Origin: a virus
DNA length: 64,000 nucleotides
Strand: one strand, 5' to 3'
Virus record (IMG/VR): IMGVR_UViG_3300020193_000015
Positions 27,471-37,726 of the stretch are shown piece by piece (the stretch's first letter is position 1; every line of letters starts with the position of its first letter). A program made the translations under genes and the position numbers. The notes below the pieces were generated by a model. The model saw only the letters and a list, made by a program, of their open reading frames with translations, did not search any database and was not told where the DNA came from.

Positions 27471-29466
27471 TGTTAAGCCATCTACTTTTAGGATTAAAGC
27501 GTCTCAAAAAGCTTTTGCGATCTTGTCGTCTGGTTTATATTCAGATAAGGTGTCATCGACCATCCGTGAATTGTCTACCAATGCCGCTGATGCCCATATC
27601 GCTGCTGGCAACAAGGAATCTTTTACCGTTCATCTGCCCAATACCCTTGAACCATTTTTCTCCGTAAAGGACAATGGCACTGGACTTTCCGAACATCACC
27701 TTAATACCCTTTATACAACCTATTTTGAATCAGATAAAACTCATTCAAATGACTTTACTGGTTGCTTGGGATTGGGCAGTAAGAGTCCATTTAGCTATAC
27801 CGATCAATTCACCGTTGAAAGCCGATTCAATGGCAACAAGTATACCTATAGTTGCTTCATTGATCAGGATGGATTGCCTTCTATCGCCAAGATGGGTGAA
27901 GAAGTTACTGAAGAATCCAACGGTCTAGAAGTTAAGTTTGCTGTTAAAAGTTCTGATTTCTGGGAATTTCAGAATAAGGCATCAAATATTCTATCTTGGT
28001 TTAATCCTCAGCCTAATGTTGTTGGCGTTGCTGGGTTTGAACTTACGCAACGAGAATACATTAGGAAAACTGATAAGTATGCTCTCCGCAAGGAAAAGCA
28101 TTATGGTGATGCGAGCCGATTGATCATGGGTAATGTTGCTTATAAGCTGTCTACCTACAGTCTTGGCAACAAGGTTAGTTTGGATGAACTTGACCGGCAG
28201 ATTCTAGATTGGGGCTGTGAAATCTTTGTCCCAATTGGCACTGTTGAAGTAACTGCAAACCGTGAAGATATTACTTATACTGAAAATAGTGCTAAGGTCA
28301 TTAAGGAATGTCTTGCTGAAGCTGTCAAGGATGTTAGGGGAGAAATTGATAACATGATAGCTTCCGCTCCTACAATTTGGGAAGCTAGGCGTGTTCTCCA
28401 TGATTCTCACCATTCCATCATTGGCAAGATTAAGAATTTAACTTCTGCTACTTGGAATGGTCAGGAAATTCATAGTTATGTAAGTTCTGCCAAGTGGAAT
28501 GAAAAGAACCCTGACAAGGAAATTAATATTCAGTTTTTGCGACGTAAGAAGGAACGTTTCGCAAAGAGCAATGGGCATAGCCACATTCACGCTGATAACA
28601 AGCCCATTTATGTGAATGACTTGGGGCATGGTGGTTACACAAGGGTTTTGCATGATTTAAATAAGAAACGCACAGATGAAGCTTACTTGCTGCAAAACAA
28701 TAACGTAAGTTTCTTGGAAGAAGCTGGACTAAAAGAAATTGTAATTCGTGCTAGTTCTTTACCTAAGCCTGAAAGCAAGCGTTCTTATGTTCCACGTCGC
28801 AAGGGAGTAAGGGCACAGCTTAATCGTTGGGTTGAATCTCATTCCTATAAAAAAGAAGCTTGTTCATATTGGCAACCAGCTGACGTTGATTTGGAACAAG
28901 GTGGCATTTATGTAGAAATGTCTTACTATAAATATACGTTGTTTGGTAATGAAGGTAATAGCCCAGACGGTTTGGAGTCTACCATCAGCGCTTTGTCGGC
29001 TTTCCATGAATCTGAGGATGGAAAATTGGAAGTTTTTGGAATTCGTTCGGCTGATAAGAAGATTCTGGAAAAGATGGATAACTGGATTAGCCTTGACGAT
29101 TATATCAAGGAAGTTGTTGAAGCTAATGAATATCTTGATGCCACTATCAAGATGAATAATGAATGGACTCATTATCGTGACAATCTTGCCGAAGCTTTCT
29201 TTAATGATGATTTGAGTGAAAAAACCTTATTTGGCCGTTATGTGGAATATTGCAAAAAGGCTTACAAGGCTCATTCCAGTGAAAGTCGGGCATATATTAG
29301 ACTGTGCGGTTTGGTTAATAAGAACATTGGAACTGGAACTAAGTTAAAGGAAATGCGGGATGAATTGCAGGCCAAGTATCCTTTGATTAGTTTTCTTAGT
29401 TCTTACGATACTCCTTACAACAGTAAAACTTTTAAGGCAGCACTTTTGAAATATGTGAAGGAGTAA
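27427..29466 (+). CDS. GHKL-family ATPase domain protein (Hsp90/MutL/MORC-like ATP-binding fold)
   Basis: IRELSTNAADAH (N box-like), VKDNGTGL (G1-like), GCLGLGSKSPFSY (G2-like). Confidence 0.5.
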   Translation: MILVQNPLNLEKSADVKPSTFRIKASQKAFAILSSGLYSDKVSSTIRELSTNAADAHIAAGNKESFTVHLPNTLEPFFSVKDNGTGLSEHHLNTLYTTYFESDKTHSNDFTGCLGLGSKSPFSYTDQFTVESRFNGNKYTYSCFIDQDGLPSIAKMGEEVTEESNGLEVKFAVKSSDFWEFQNKASNILSWFNPQPNVVGVAGFELTQREYIRKTDKYALRKEKHYGDASRLIMGNVAYKLSTYSLGNKVSLDELDRQILDWGCEIFVPIGTVEVTANREDITYTENSAKVIKECLAEAVKDVRGEIDNMIASAPTIWEARRVLHDSHHSIIGKIKNLTSATWNGQEIHSYVSSAKWNEKNPDKEINIQFLRRKKERFAKSNGHSHIHADNKPIYVNDLGHGGYTRVLHDLNKKRTDEAYLLQNNNVSFLEEAGLKEIVIRASSLPKPESKRSYVPRRKGVRAQLNRWVESHSYKKEACSYWQPADVDLEQGGIYVEMSYYKYTLFGNEGNSPDGLESTISALSAFHESEDGKLEVFGIRSADKKILEKMDNWISLDDYIKEVVEANEYLDATIKMNNEWTHYRDNLAEAFFNDDLSEKTLFGRYVEYCKKAYKAHSSESRAYIRLCGLVNKNIGTGTKLKEMRDELQAKYPLISFLSSYDTPYNSKTFKAALLKYVKE

Positions 29467-29468
29467 AC

Positions 29469-29708
29469 ATGGAGTTATATTTACTTTGGATTAGCTGGGG
29501 TGATTATGATGATAAGGAAGATCATTTATTGGGAGTGTATAGTTCCCTAGATGAACGTCAAGCTGCTATTAAGCGATATGAAAGTAATGGTAATTGTTGG
29601 ATATTCAAGGATGGAAAGCCTTTTGCCTCTGATGCACAATATACTTTTCAGAAAACAGAAATAAACAAGGACATTTATCTTGAAAAACCTCTTGAAAAAC
29701 CTAATTAA
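29469..29708 (+). CDS. hypothetical protein
   Basis: ORF track. Confidence 0.35.
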   Translation: MELYLLWISWGDYDDKEDHLLGVYSSLDERQAAIKRYESNGNCWIFKDGKPFASDAQYTFQKTEINKDIYLEKPLEKPN

Positions 29709-29994
29709 AGCTATAAAATGTTTGAAGAAGTATCGTGACCAACTTGGCAAAAAGGATTTAACTTATGCTGATCAAGTGATGAAAGAACTTCAAAATCACA
29801 TCGTCAGTTTGTCCAGGCATTTAACCTTCATGTTGGAGTTTGATCAACATGCTACAGACCTTAATCTTTATGAAAAGTCTGAGGTTGCAGCTAAGAATAT
29901 TGTAAAGGCTACCAAGCTTTACCGTGAAAGGACTGGTGTTGGACTTACCGAGGCACATAAAGCTGTTCAACAATATGTAAAAGATCGAGACTAA
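29680..29994 (+). CDS. hypothetical protein
   Basis: ORF track. Confidence 0.35.
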   Translation: MKNLLKNLIKAIKCLKKYRDQLGKKDLTYADQVMKELQNHIVSLSRHLTFMLEFDQHATDLNLYEKSEVAAKNIVKATKLYRERTGVGLTEAHKAVQQYVKDRD

Positions 29995-30206
29995 TGATGA
30001 AACCACAATGGTTATACTCTGAGTGTTCTCTATTTATCAGGAAAATACTTAAAGCTAAAACTGATGTTGAACGAACGGCAACGGCTCGAAAATGGGCTGA
30101 TTGGCTTGAAGCAAGAGGAGATAGAGAATATGTTGAGTGGCTTCGTCATCCAAAACTTTCCTGGGAGACAAAAAACGGCTATGTAGTATGGCAAGTGCAT
30201 CCTTGA
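29994..30206 (+). CDS. hypothetical protein
   Basis: ORF track. Confidence 0.35.
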   Translation: MMKPQWLYSECSLFIRKILKAKTDVERTATARKWADWLEARGDREYVEWLRHPKLSWETKNGYVVWQVHP

Positions 30207-30236
30207 TCTAACAGTGGTCATGGGTGCAGTAGTAGG

Positions 30237-30518
30237 GTGGATAATGACTGGTGGACGATTTATTATCCAACTGAAGAATGGACCAATAGTTCCCACGCTG
30301 AAAGTTTATTGAAAGCTTGGATTAAAAATGGTGTTGGTTTAGAGAAATATCCTTGGACTAAGATTGTTTCAGAAAGAATTGGTTTAATTAATAAGTGGAA
30401 TCAATTAGTTGAAGAGTGCAAAGACGAAAAGAACTTGCAGCATATAATGAAGAACAAGATATTAAAGAATTTGAAAGGCTTAAAAAAAAGTTTGGTGATG
30501 GTGGCGTTTGGATTTTAG
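30237..30518 (+). CDS. hypothetical protein
   Basis: ORF track. Confidence 0.35.
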   Translation: MDNDWWTIYYPTEEWTNSSHAESLLKAWIKNGVGLEKYPWTKIVSERIGLINKWNQLVEECKDEKNLQHIMKNKILKNLKGLKKSLVMVAFGF

Positions 30519-30537
30519 TTAAGCCAAAGGGGTAATA

Positions 30538-30846
30538 ATGAAATTCTATACTGCCGAAAAGATTATGGAATTGTTTTGTTCTCCCACAAGAGAATTTGTT
30601 ATTACTACAATCTCCGACAATGGGGCAATTAGAGTTTGGAATGGTATTGATTTTGAGTTTCCTAATGATGATCCTTGGGGATACAAGAATTTAAAAGCTG
30701 CTCAAAGGGTTGCCAATAAGATTGAAAAAGACAAAGGTATAAAGACTAAAGTTTGTTTTTGGGTTCATTCTGAAGATGATTATAAGCCAATTGAAAAATA
30801 CGCTAAAATGACCGGTAAACGCTGGGAAGGGTGTCCGACGCAATAG
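30538..30846 (+). CDS. hypothetical protein directly upstream of the Cas12-like gene (stop and start separated by 1 nt)
   Basis: ORF track. Confidence 0.4.
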   Translation: MKFYTAEKIMELFCSPTREFVITTISDNGAIRVWNGIDFEFPNDDPWGYKNLKAAQRVANKIEKDKGIKTKVCFWVHSEDDYKPIEKYAKMTGKRWEGCPTQ

Positions 30847-30847
30847 C

Positions 30848-33800
30848 ATGTCGCAATTTAAGACAGTTGAGAATTTTAAGGATATTTTAATGTTAAAAGA
30901 AAAAACTACTTTGCGATCCTATCAGCTGCTTCTATTAGATAATCATGATTTAGTAGAAAAGACGATAGATGTTTATACAAAAGGAGCTTCTGCTTGGTTG
31001 GACTTTTGGCTTACTGTTTTGGGCGGTATAGAATTTGAGATGATTCCATTATCTCCTCTTAGCAGTTATTGTATTACTAAAAAATTAAAGAGGAAATCCC
31101 AAGAAGATAAAGAAATATTTATTCCTATTAGCGAAGAAGCTTTATTGTTTGGCTGTTGGTTTTCTTTAGAAACGAATAGCAATTCGCCATTCATTATTTC
31201 TGTTCAAGATGTTTGGAACAAGTTCAAATCTTATCTGCCGAATAATGTGAAAATAAGCTACAATTGGGAAAGAACTATCAAAGCACAAATTAATTCCTTT
31301 GTGTCTGAGAATACTTGTTGGGTAGATAGAAGAAAAGCATTTCAAGACCTATCATTTAAAATTAATGTTGCTGATCTTGTTTGTAAAAAAGATTTTTGGC
31401 TTAATAAAGATGTGGATAGCAAATTGTATATGAGAAGTGCCTTGGGGCAATGGTGGAATGATGGAACAAAATCAGATTGGGTTAATCTTAAAATTAAATG
31501 TGAACAGTCTATAAAATTTATCGAACAAGAATCAGATATCAGAAATGCAAAAACAAAAATTCTACAATCTCTTGGATTGCCAGATATAGCAGAAGCTAAA
31601 GAAATTGGCAAAGCTTATGGCAAAAAAGGAAAGCCTTCCAGAGTGTTTATTAAATTGGAAAAATTAACAGAAGATACTACCAAAGACCAATTGGTTAAGG
31701 AATTTCAAGAAGAAATTGTAAACGCAGAAGAACATGTTGCTTTTAAGCGTTGTCCCTGGCATGCGAAAATTAGAGAAAACATTGAAAAAGCAATAGGTGT
31801 AAGTTATTTTAATGAAAAAGGTAATAGTAGTCAAAATAATTTTGGAGAAATGGGCAATCTTGCTCTTGAAAAAATTAAAAGTTGGAAATCTAATTTTTTT
31901 AATGTCTTAGGAGAAAGATATCATAACTGTAAATCTGATTTCCATGATTCAGAGGTAAAAGAATGGTTTGAAGAATACAAAAAAACAAACAAACAACTTA
32001 GAAATAGCAGCCTTTCAGGACTTGAAAAAGTATTTGATTTACTAGATAACAAGTCTTTTGAAGATGCTATTAAAGAAGCCCAAAAATCCTACAACATTCT
32101 TGGAAGAAGATTTGGAGACGCTAACTTTTTCAACTTTTTAGGCAATAAAATTCAGTCCAGAAAGGACAAAGATTGGTTGAAATTAATACGAGAATATGAT
32201 AATTGGGATAATGTAAATTACAAATTTATAAATCATAAAAGTCCAAGACTTAAGCATTTTGGGGATGATCACTTAGCCACTCCTAGATTTGGGGAGTCAA
32301 GACCAACAGGCAATATCAAAAGCACAACTGGAAATAGTCACTCAATTACATTGAATGTTTTCGATGGCAAATCATTCAAACTGACTAAAATTAATTCTGC
32401 TTGCAAAAGATTGTCTAATGAAATTAAAGATAATCAATCAATTAGACAGACTAAGTTATCTGGAAAAATCTTTGAAAACTATCGAATTCTTCCTAAGAGT
32501 TTAGTTAAAAAGGGTGGACTTAAACTTTGTAAACAAAATGATAAATGGTATGCCCATCTAACAGTCAATTTGCCAGTATTTGAAAAAGCTTCATGGCAAA
32601 AATTGATGAAAACCGGCACCATAATAATGAGTATAGACCCTGGTATTAGAAGTTCTATATCATATACTATATTTGAAATATTTGAATGTGATCGAGATAC
32701 AGATTATTTTATTGAAAATGGCATTACTCATGTGAAAATACATTCATGGGAAGATCATAGTGGTACTAAGTTTAAAGTGCCTCATAATAATTTGTGGGTT
32801 AAATTGTTGGAATGGGGACATATTCGTGATCTACAACCTATTGGCGAAAATGGTTATCGTCAGTGCAGATTAGATGGTGGAACAAACACCAATTTAGACT
32901 CAGAAGAAATAGAATTTTGGAAATATCTTTTAATAACTGGTGTTGAGCAAAAAGACATGCCTGATCCTTTGCCAAAAAGGTCTGAATATTCTAGAATTAT
33001 TGCAAATTTAATTAACAAGTGGTATACAAACAAATCAAAAGAAATTACAGATAAGGTTAAACAACTAAATATTAATGATCCTGTAGAGTTTTCAAAAACT
33101 TTACAACATGTAAGAAAAGAAAGCGATTTATCATCAGAATTATTGATAAAGGCGTCCCAAATATTATTTGTAAATAATTCAGATAAAATTGGGAGAGGCG
33201 GGTTATCCTATGCTAGAATTAAGATGCTCCAAACACTTTCTTCTGCTTGTAATAAATTCTTAAAAGTTAAAGAAAATAATGCAGAAATTATTGAATTTCA
33301 GAATTTTCTTAGAAAGAAAATTAATGCCATAAGAACGGAACGAGTAAGAATTACTGTAAACAAAGTTTTGCATGAAGCTGTCAATAACAAAGTAAATCTA
33401 ATTCTATATGAAAATACCCAACTAAAATCTTCTTCCAGTTCCCCCAGAGGTCTTAATAGAAGTATAACATCCTGGTGCCCGTCAAAAGTAATCGAAGAAT
33501 TGAAAAAACAAATAGATTTGTTGCCAATTTCTATAATGGGAGTAAACTCTGCTTATACGTCTCATAACTGTTTTGTAACTTGCAAGAAAAAATGTCGTTA
33601 TGATAAAGTTCATTTAGATGATCTTAATATTGAGCCTTGGAAAGAAAGAATAACCGATATTTTTACAAAAAAACAATTAAGCTTAACTGATTGTTTGTTG
33701 AAAAAAGGTTGGGAAAATTTCCTGAAAGAAAATGACTTGATGAGCTACAAACAAATACCTGAATTTGTTAAAAACAAAAAAGCTTTTTGTTTAGTTCCCT

Positions 33801-33910
33801 CCAGGACAGGAAAATTGTTTGTTACAGAAATTGGAGAATTGAATGCTGATATCGCCGCTGCTGCTACAATAGGAATGAAAGGTCTTGCAATAATCCTATC
33901 CAAAGCTTAA
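30848..33910 (+). CDS. cas12: type V CRISPR effector, Cas12-like (1020 aa; size and repeat suggest the Cas12i-like compact class)
   Basis: split RuvC motifs in TnpB/Cas12 order: RuvC-I MSIDPGIRSS (D about 32636), RuvC-II LILYENTQL (E about 33410), Cys-containing stretch SHNCFVTCKKKC, RuvC-III ELNADIAAAATIGMKGL (D about 33849); a 26-repeat array follows directly. Confidence 0.75.
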   Translation: MSQFKTVENFKDILMLKEKTTLRSYQLLLLDNHDLVEKTIDVYTKGASAWLDFWLTVLGGIEFEMIPLSPLSSYCITKKLKRKSQEDKEIFIPISEEALLFGCWFSLETNSNSPFIISVQDVWNKFKSYLPNNVKISYNWERTIKAQINSFVSENTCWVDRRKAFQDLSFKINVADLVCKKDFWLNKDVDSKLYMRSALGQWWNDGTKSDWVNLKIKCEQSIKFIEQESDIRNAKTKILQSLGLPDIAEAKEIGKAYGKKGKPSRVFIKLEKLTEDTTKDQLVKEFQEEIVNAEEHVAFKRCPWHAKIRENIEKAIGVSYFNEKGNSSQNNFGEMGNLALEKIKSWKSNFFNVLGERYHNCKSDFHDSEVKEWFEEYKKTNKQLRNSSLSGLEKVFDLLDNKSFEDAIKEAQKSYNILGRRFGDANFFNFLGNKIQSRKDKDWLKLIREYDNWDNVNYKFINHKSPRLKHFGDDHLATPRFGESRPTGNIKSTTGNSHSITLNVFDGKSFKLTKINSACKRLSNEIKDNQSIRQTKLSGKIFENYRILPKSLVKKGGLKLCKQNDKWYAHLTVNLPVFEKASWQKLMKTGTIIMSIDPGIRSSISYTIFEIFECDRDTDYFIENGITHVKIHSWEDHSGTKFKVPHNNLWVKLLEWGHIRDLQPIGENGYRQCRLDGGTNTNLDSEEIEFWKYLLITGVEQKDMPDPLPKRSEYSRIIANLINKWYTNKSKEITDKVKQLNINDPVEFSKTLQHVRKESDLSSELLIKASQILFVNNSDKIGRGGLSYARIKMLQTLSSACNKFLKVKENNAEIIEFQNFLRKKINAIRTERVRITVNKVLHEAVNNKVNLILYENTQLKSSSSSPRGLNRSITSWCPSKVIEELKKQIDLLPISIMGVNSAYTSHNCFVTCKKKCRYDKVHLDDLNIEPWKERITDIFTKKQLSLTDCLLKKGWENFLKENDLMSYKQIPEFVKNKKAFCLVPSRTGKLFVTEIGELNADIAAAATIGMKGLAIILSKA

Positions 33911-33959
33911 AATGGCTCTGTTCGTTGATCTTTGACATCTTATTTTTAAGTTTATTTTA

Positions 33960-33996
33960 AACAGAAAGCAAACTGTTATCAGTTTTTCTTTCTGTT
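33960..33996 (+). terminator. hairpin AACAGAAAGCAAACTG..CAGTTTTTCTTTCTGTT downstream of cas12
   Basis: about 16-bp imperfect stem, T-rich. Confidence 0.55.
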
Positions 33997-33997
33997 C

Positions 33998-34035
33998 AGT
34001 CTCTCGCCCTTATTTAAAAATAAGGGCGAGAGACT
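33998..34035 (+). terminator. perfect 15-bp stem AGTCTCTCGCCCTTA/TAAGGGCGAGAGACT with loop TTTAAAAA
   Basis: read directly. Confidence 0.6.
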
Positions 34036-34259
34036 ATGTGGTGAAAAACGTTGGAAAAGAAAATTTTTCTTAAGTCCTGATGAATTAAGCTTTTGCGATA
34101 AAGTTATCCTGTGCTGCCTATCGCTCGTTTTAAGTCTTTATTTGAAAAAGGTTTATGGCATCAAACCAATAAAATTCGGATATGCAGTTGTTCTAAAGTA
34201 ATTGCCTCTCGCATACTTGTTTGTAAGTTGTTTTATTAAAAGGCTTTATGCAAATGAGC

Positions 34260-36080
34260 GTTGCAATAGATTAAAACAATGTGCTGTTATTGGCACTTCG
34301 GCGTCATCGTCGGCATGGCCGCCCTGGTCCTGGTTGCAATAGATTAAAACAATGTGCTGTTATTGGCACACCAATGGCCAGTTTCAGAAAAGCACTTTTT
34401 CAATGTTGCAATAGATTAAAACAATGTGCTGTTATTGGCACAAATAAAACCAGCCAGTAACCGCTATATCCGCAAAAGTTGCAATAGATTAAAACAATGT
34501 GCTGTTATTGGCACTATTTGATTGTACATTGCATTACAATCGCCGTTTTTGTTGCAATAGATTAAAACAATGTGCTGTTATTGGCACCCAAAGGCCAGTC
34601 TCCGCCTTTGGCGCTCAAGAGCGTTGCAATAGATTAAAACAATGTGCTGTTATTGGCACCGATACAATGAAAGTAATCACGTGCACGATGGCAAGGTTGC
34701 AATAGATTAAAACAATGTGCTGTTATTGGCACGTCAAATATGGAGTAGGATGAAGGGCGAATTTTGGAGTTGCAATAGATTAAAACAATGTGCTGTTATT
34801 GGCACTGGAGGCTAAGGACTAACAAGAAGAAACTAGGAATGGTTGCAATAGATTAAAACAATGTGCTGTTATTGGCACGGAGTCCAGATACCATAGTTAA
34901 TTCGTTGCAATAGATTAAAACAATGTGCTGTTATTGGCACACTAATCAGCCAATCTTCTTAGGTGTTGATCTTTCGTTGCAATAGATTAAAACAATGTGC
35001 TGTTATTGGCACCGAACCGCCCTTGCCGCCGCCGTACACCTTAATGGTGTTGCAATAGATTAAAACAATGTGCTGTTATTGGCACTATCCGCAAAAAAAG
35101 AATGTGTCAATGCAAGGGTATTGTTGCAATAGATTAAAACAATGTGCTGTTATTGGCACCCAGCTTGGCAATCTGTCCTTCAATGTGCGTTCTTTGTTGC
35201 AATAGATTAAAACAATGTGCTGTTATTGGCACTATAGTGTATGCACCGACTAATATATAATAGTAGCGTTGCAATAGATTAAAACAATGTGCTGTTATTG
35301 GCACTTTTTGGTCCTCGTCGTGGCCGTACACGTGATCGAGGTTGCAATAGATTAAAACAATGTGCTGTTATTGGCACTCCAGTTATTGCTTGTTACTGAG
35401 AGAAGGGCTGGGCAGCGTTGCAATAGATTAAAACAATGTGCTGTTATTGGCACTATAGCAATCGATTATCTCCGCATCGTCCAGTAGATGTTGCAATAGA
35501 TTAAAACAATGTGCTGTTATTGGCACCTGCGCAGCGTAGAAGGTTGTTTCGTCGATGACCTGGTTGCAATAGATTAAAACAATGTGCTGTTATTGGCACA
35601 AACGTGACAAAGAGGTTGCAATAGATTAAAACAATGTGCTGTTATTGGCACATGAATTCGCCAGTGGCGACATGTCGGTCCGTGTCTGGTTGCAATAGAT
35701 TAAAACAATGTGCTGTTATTGGCACTTGATGCTCTGCCCCAGACTTTCGTGGAAATCCGTGTTGCAATAGATTAAAACAATGTGCTGTTATTGGCACGGC
35801 ATTTGCTTAGCCACCTCCGCACTCTTACACTTCTGTTGCAATAGATTAAAACAATGTGCTGTTATTGGCACAATGTTCCAGACTTGCTACTACCTAATAT
35901 GTTTCCGTTGCAATAGATTAAAACAATGTGCTGTTATTGGCACGTGCGAAGGTTGCCGGACTGCTTATGTTGCAATAGATTAAAACAATGTGCTGTTATT
36001 GGCACTGGAACGCACTTTTTCTTTTTTGCGATGCAGCAAGGAAGTTGCAATAGATTAAAACAATGTGCTGTTATTAGCAC
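34260..36080 (+). CRISPR. CRISPR array of 26 repeats and 25 spacers; repeat GTTGCAATAGATTAAAACAATGTGCTGTTATTGGCAC (37 bp); terminal repeat is degenerate (..TTATTAGCAC)
   Basis: repeats enumerated at 34260, 34333, 34405 and so on to 36044; spacer lengths are mostly 35-37 nt, with outliers of 15, 25, 25, 38 and 39 nt; the repeat 3' end forms GTGC-TGTTATTG-GCAC; the degenerate repeat at the 3' end implies a leader at the 5' (cas12-proximal) side. Confidence 0.95.
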
Positions 36081-36216
36081 TCCAAGCAGCAACATTCCTG
36101 ATCGTTTAGCTGAAATTTATAGTAAAGATGATCCTGTGCCGCCTCAAGTATGGGAAGCAGTTAAAGAAGTCCGAAAAGGAATGGGCATGATGTGGCATTA
36201 CGCAGGAGATTAATTT

Positions 36217-36732
36217 ATGTCATTGATTTTAGCTAAGTCTGCTCCTAAACTGGAGGTTAAAACTTTTGGTATTGTGCCAATTCCTTCATTAGAAGATGAA
36301 TTGAAGCACCCCAACATATGGATTCGTACCAGAGATTCTAAAGAAGTAGATTTTGAAATAGATTTTATTGATTTTAATCAAATATTGGATTGTTATTTTG
36401 GATTTAAACCATCGGCAGACATATTTTCCATTGACGAAGAGGAGATGGAATTTTGGTTCGGTAGTAATAATTGGGCAGAAAATTGCATTCTATTCAAATT
36501 CAAAACCAATGACGCTAATGTATTTGCCATTGATGAAACAGATTTCAAAGTAATGGCACAATATGTTTATACCAATACAGATTTAATAGCAAATGACGTA
36601 AGATTAAATTATTTGGGAAGGCATAAAAAGAAGTCAGAAAAACTAAAAAGAGGGCAAGATTTATTTGATTGGTTGCTTTCTTTGAAATTGGTCGATGGTT
36701 TTAATACAAAAAACAAAAGGCTTGCAAAATAA
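36217..36732 (+). CDS. hypothetical protein
   Basis: ORF track; contains the second copy of the 36-nt repeat (36274..36309). Confidence 0.4.
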   Translation: MSLILAKSAPKLEVKTFGIVPIPSLEDELKHPNIWIRTRDSKEVDFEIDFIDFNQILDCYFGFKPSADIFSIDEEEMEFWFGSNNWAENCILFKFKTNDANVFAIDETDFKVMAQYVYTNTDLIANDVRLNYLGRHKKKSEKLKRGQDLFDWLLSLKLVDGFNTKNKRLAK

Positions 36733-36733
36733 C

Positions 36734-37450
36734 ATGACATTTTGGCAAGAAGCAAAGGGGTTGGCCAAGTCTTTATGGTTCGACCCTTTTTGGTATTTGA
36801 TGTTATTTTTGATAACATTTGGGCCGGTTCTTAGTCATGGAGAATTTCCTTGGTGGACTTGGCTATGGATTCCAGGGTCTATTCTGGTTATGTTCTTTAT
36901 TATATTGTGCAAGCAAAGATATGGCTACCGTTGGAATAAGGAAGAGGAAGATGCCAAAGACCCTATGCGGTATAGCGTGAAAAAAGTAAAGTTTAGCATG
37001 GAAAAAGGTGGAAATTCTGTGAATACTGAAATTATTGTTAGATATGCCAGAAAAGAAGACGCACATACTTTATATCAACTTTATAATGGCGATTGGTCTA
37101 ACTTTATAATGTTGGGGCATAGTTTTTATGAATATGAAGAAATGATATTGGCTTCTCATGTTAAAGTAATTGGGGCTTTTAGAGAAGATGCGTTTCTTGA
37201 AATTAAAACTTCGACAGCAGTTGGAATTTTAATTGCAGTTGATGTAGTTTGCTGGGGGTATTTGGATATAATTTATGTTGATGAAGAATATAGAAAATTA
37301 GGTGTTGGCAAGAGAATGATAGATTTACTTATAGCATCTAATCCCAAATGGAAAAAACTGGAAGCTGGGGATATAAATGAGAATGAGAAGATAAAAGAAA
37401 TGGGTTTTCAGTACGTTGAACCTTTAAATTGGTGCGTGAAAAGCTTATGA
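36734..37450 (+). CDS. membrane-anchored GNAT-family N-acetyltransferase
   Basis: two N-terminal TM segments; motif A VDEEYRKLGVGKRMI; the ORF track starts at 36695. Confidence 0.45.
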   Translation: MTFWQEAKGLAKSLWFDPFWYLMLFLITFGPVLSHGEFPWWTWLWIPGSILVMFFIILCKQRYGYRWNKEEEDAKDPMRYSVKKVKFSMEKGGNSVNTEIIVRYARKEDAHTLYQLYNGDWSNFIMLGHSFYEYEEMILASHVKVIGAFREDAFLEIKTSTAVGILIAVDVVCWGYLDIIYVDEEYRKLGVGKRMIDLLIASNPKWKKLEAGDINENEKIKEMGFQYVEPLNWCVKSL

Positions 37451-37638
37451 TAACAAGTGATGATCCTCTTACTGCAAAATTGATAAAGCTTTTGAACCGG
37501 GCACATGATATAATATGGCTCAATGCTTTAGAACCTATTTATAAAGAAGAGGTTTTGTCACAAGCAGAAATTGAAGCTTTTCTGATGGAAGTTGAGGAAG
37601 TAATATATAAGCCAAACCCAAAAGCCCCTGTAGTTTAA
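37429..37638 (+). CDS. hypothetical protein
   Basis: ORF track. Confidence 0.3.
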   Translation: MVREKLMITSDDPLTAKLIKLLNRAHDIIWLNALEPIYKEEVLSQAEIEAFLMEVEEVIYKPNPKAPVV

Positions 37639-37697
37639 TTGTGCAAAACGTGCTACTTTAGATAGCTAAGATGTGGGTTCGAATCCTGCCAGGGGCG
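37624..37697 (+). tRNA. tRNA with anticodon UUA (candidate ochre/amber suppressor tRNA)
   Basis: manual cloverleaf: acceptor GCCCCTG/CAGGGGC, D-stem GTTT/AAAC, anticodon stem TGCTA/TAGCT with loop CTTTAGA, variable loop AAGAT, T-arm GTGGG-TTCGAAT-CCTGC, discriminator G; unusual G at position 37. Confidence 0.55.
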
Positions 37698-37726
37698 TTA
37701 GTTTCATTGCATATTTACTATGATAT

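Noticed and set aside
2027-33910. Looked for cas1/cas2/cas4, Cascade-like genes, or capsid/terminase/portal genes
   Set aside because: Nothing with recognisable motifs of those families was found in this window. Structural genes are presumably elsewhere in the genome
33911-34259. Search for a tracrRNA anti-repeat in the cas12-array spacer region, the leader and downstream of the array
   Set aside because: No stretch complementary to the repeat (GTGCCAATAACAGCACATTG..) was seen. Only a weak plus-sense resemblance (CCTGTGCTGCC) appears at about 34100, so no tracrRNA was called
34499-36213. ORFs reported inside the CRISPR array (34499..34705, 35780..35983, 35926..36213, minus 35134..35331)
   Set aside because: Their translations are repeat-derived (CNRLKQCAVIGT recurring). 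They are artefacts of the periodic repeat, not genes
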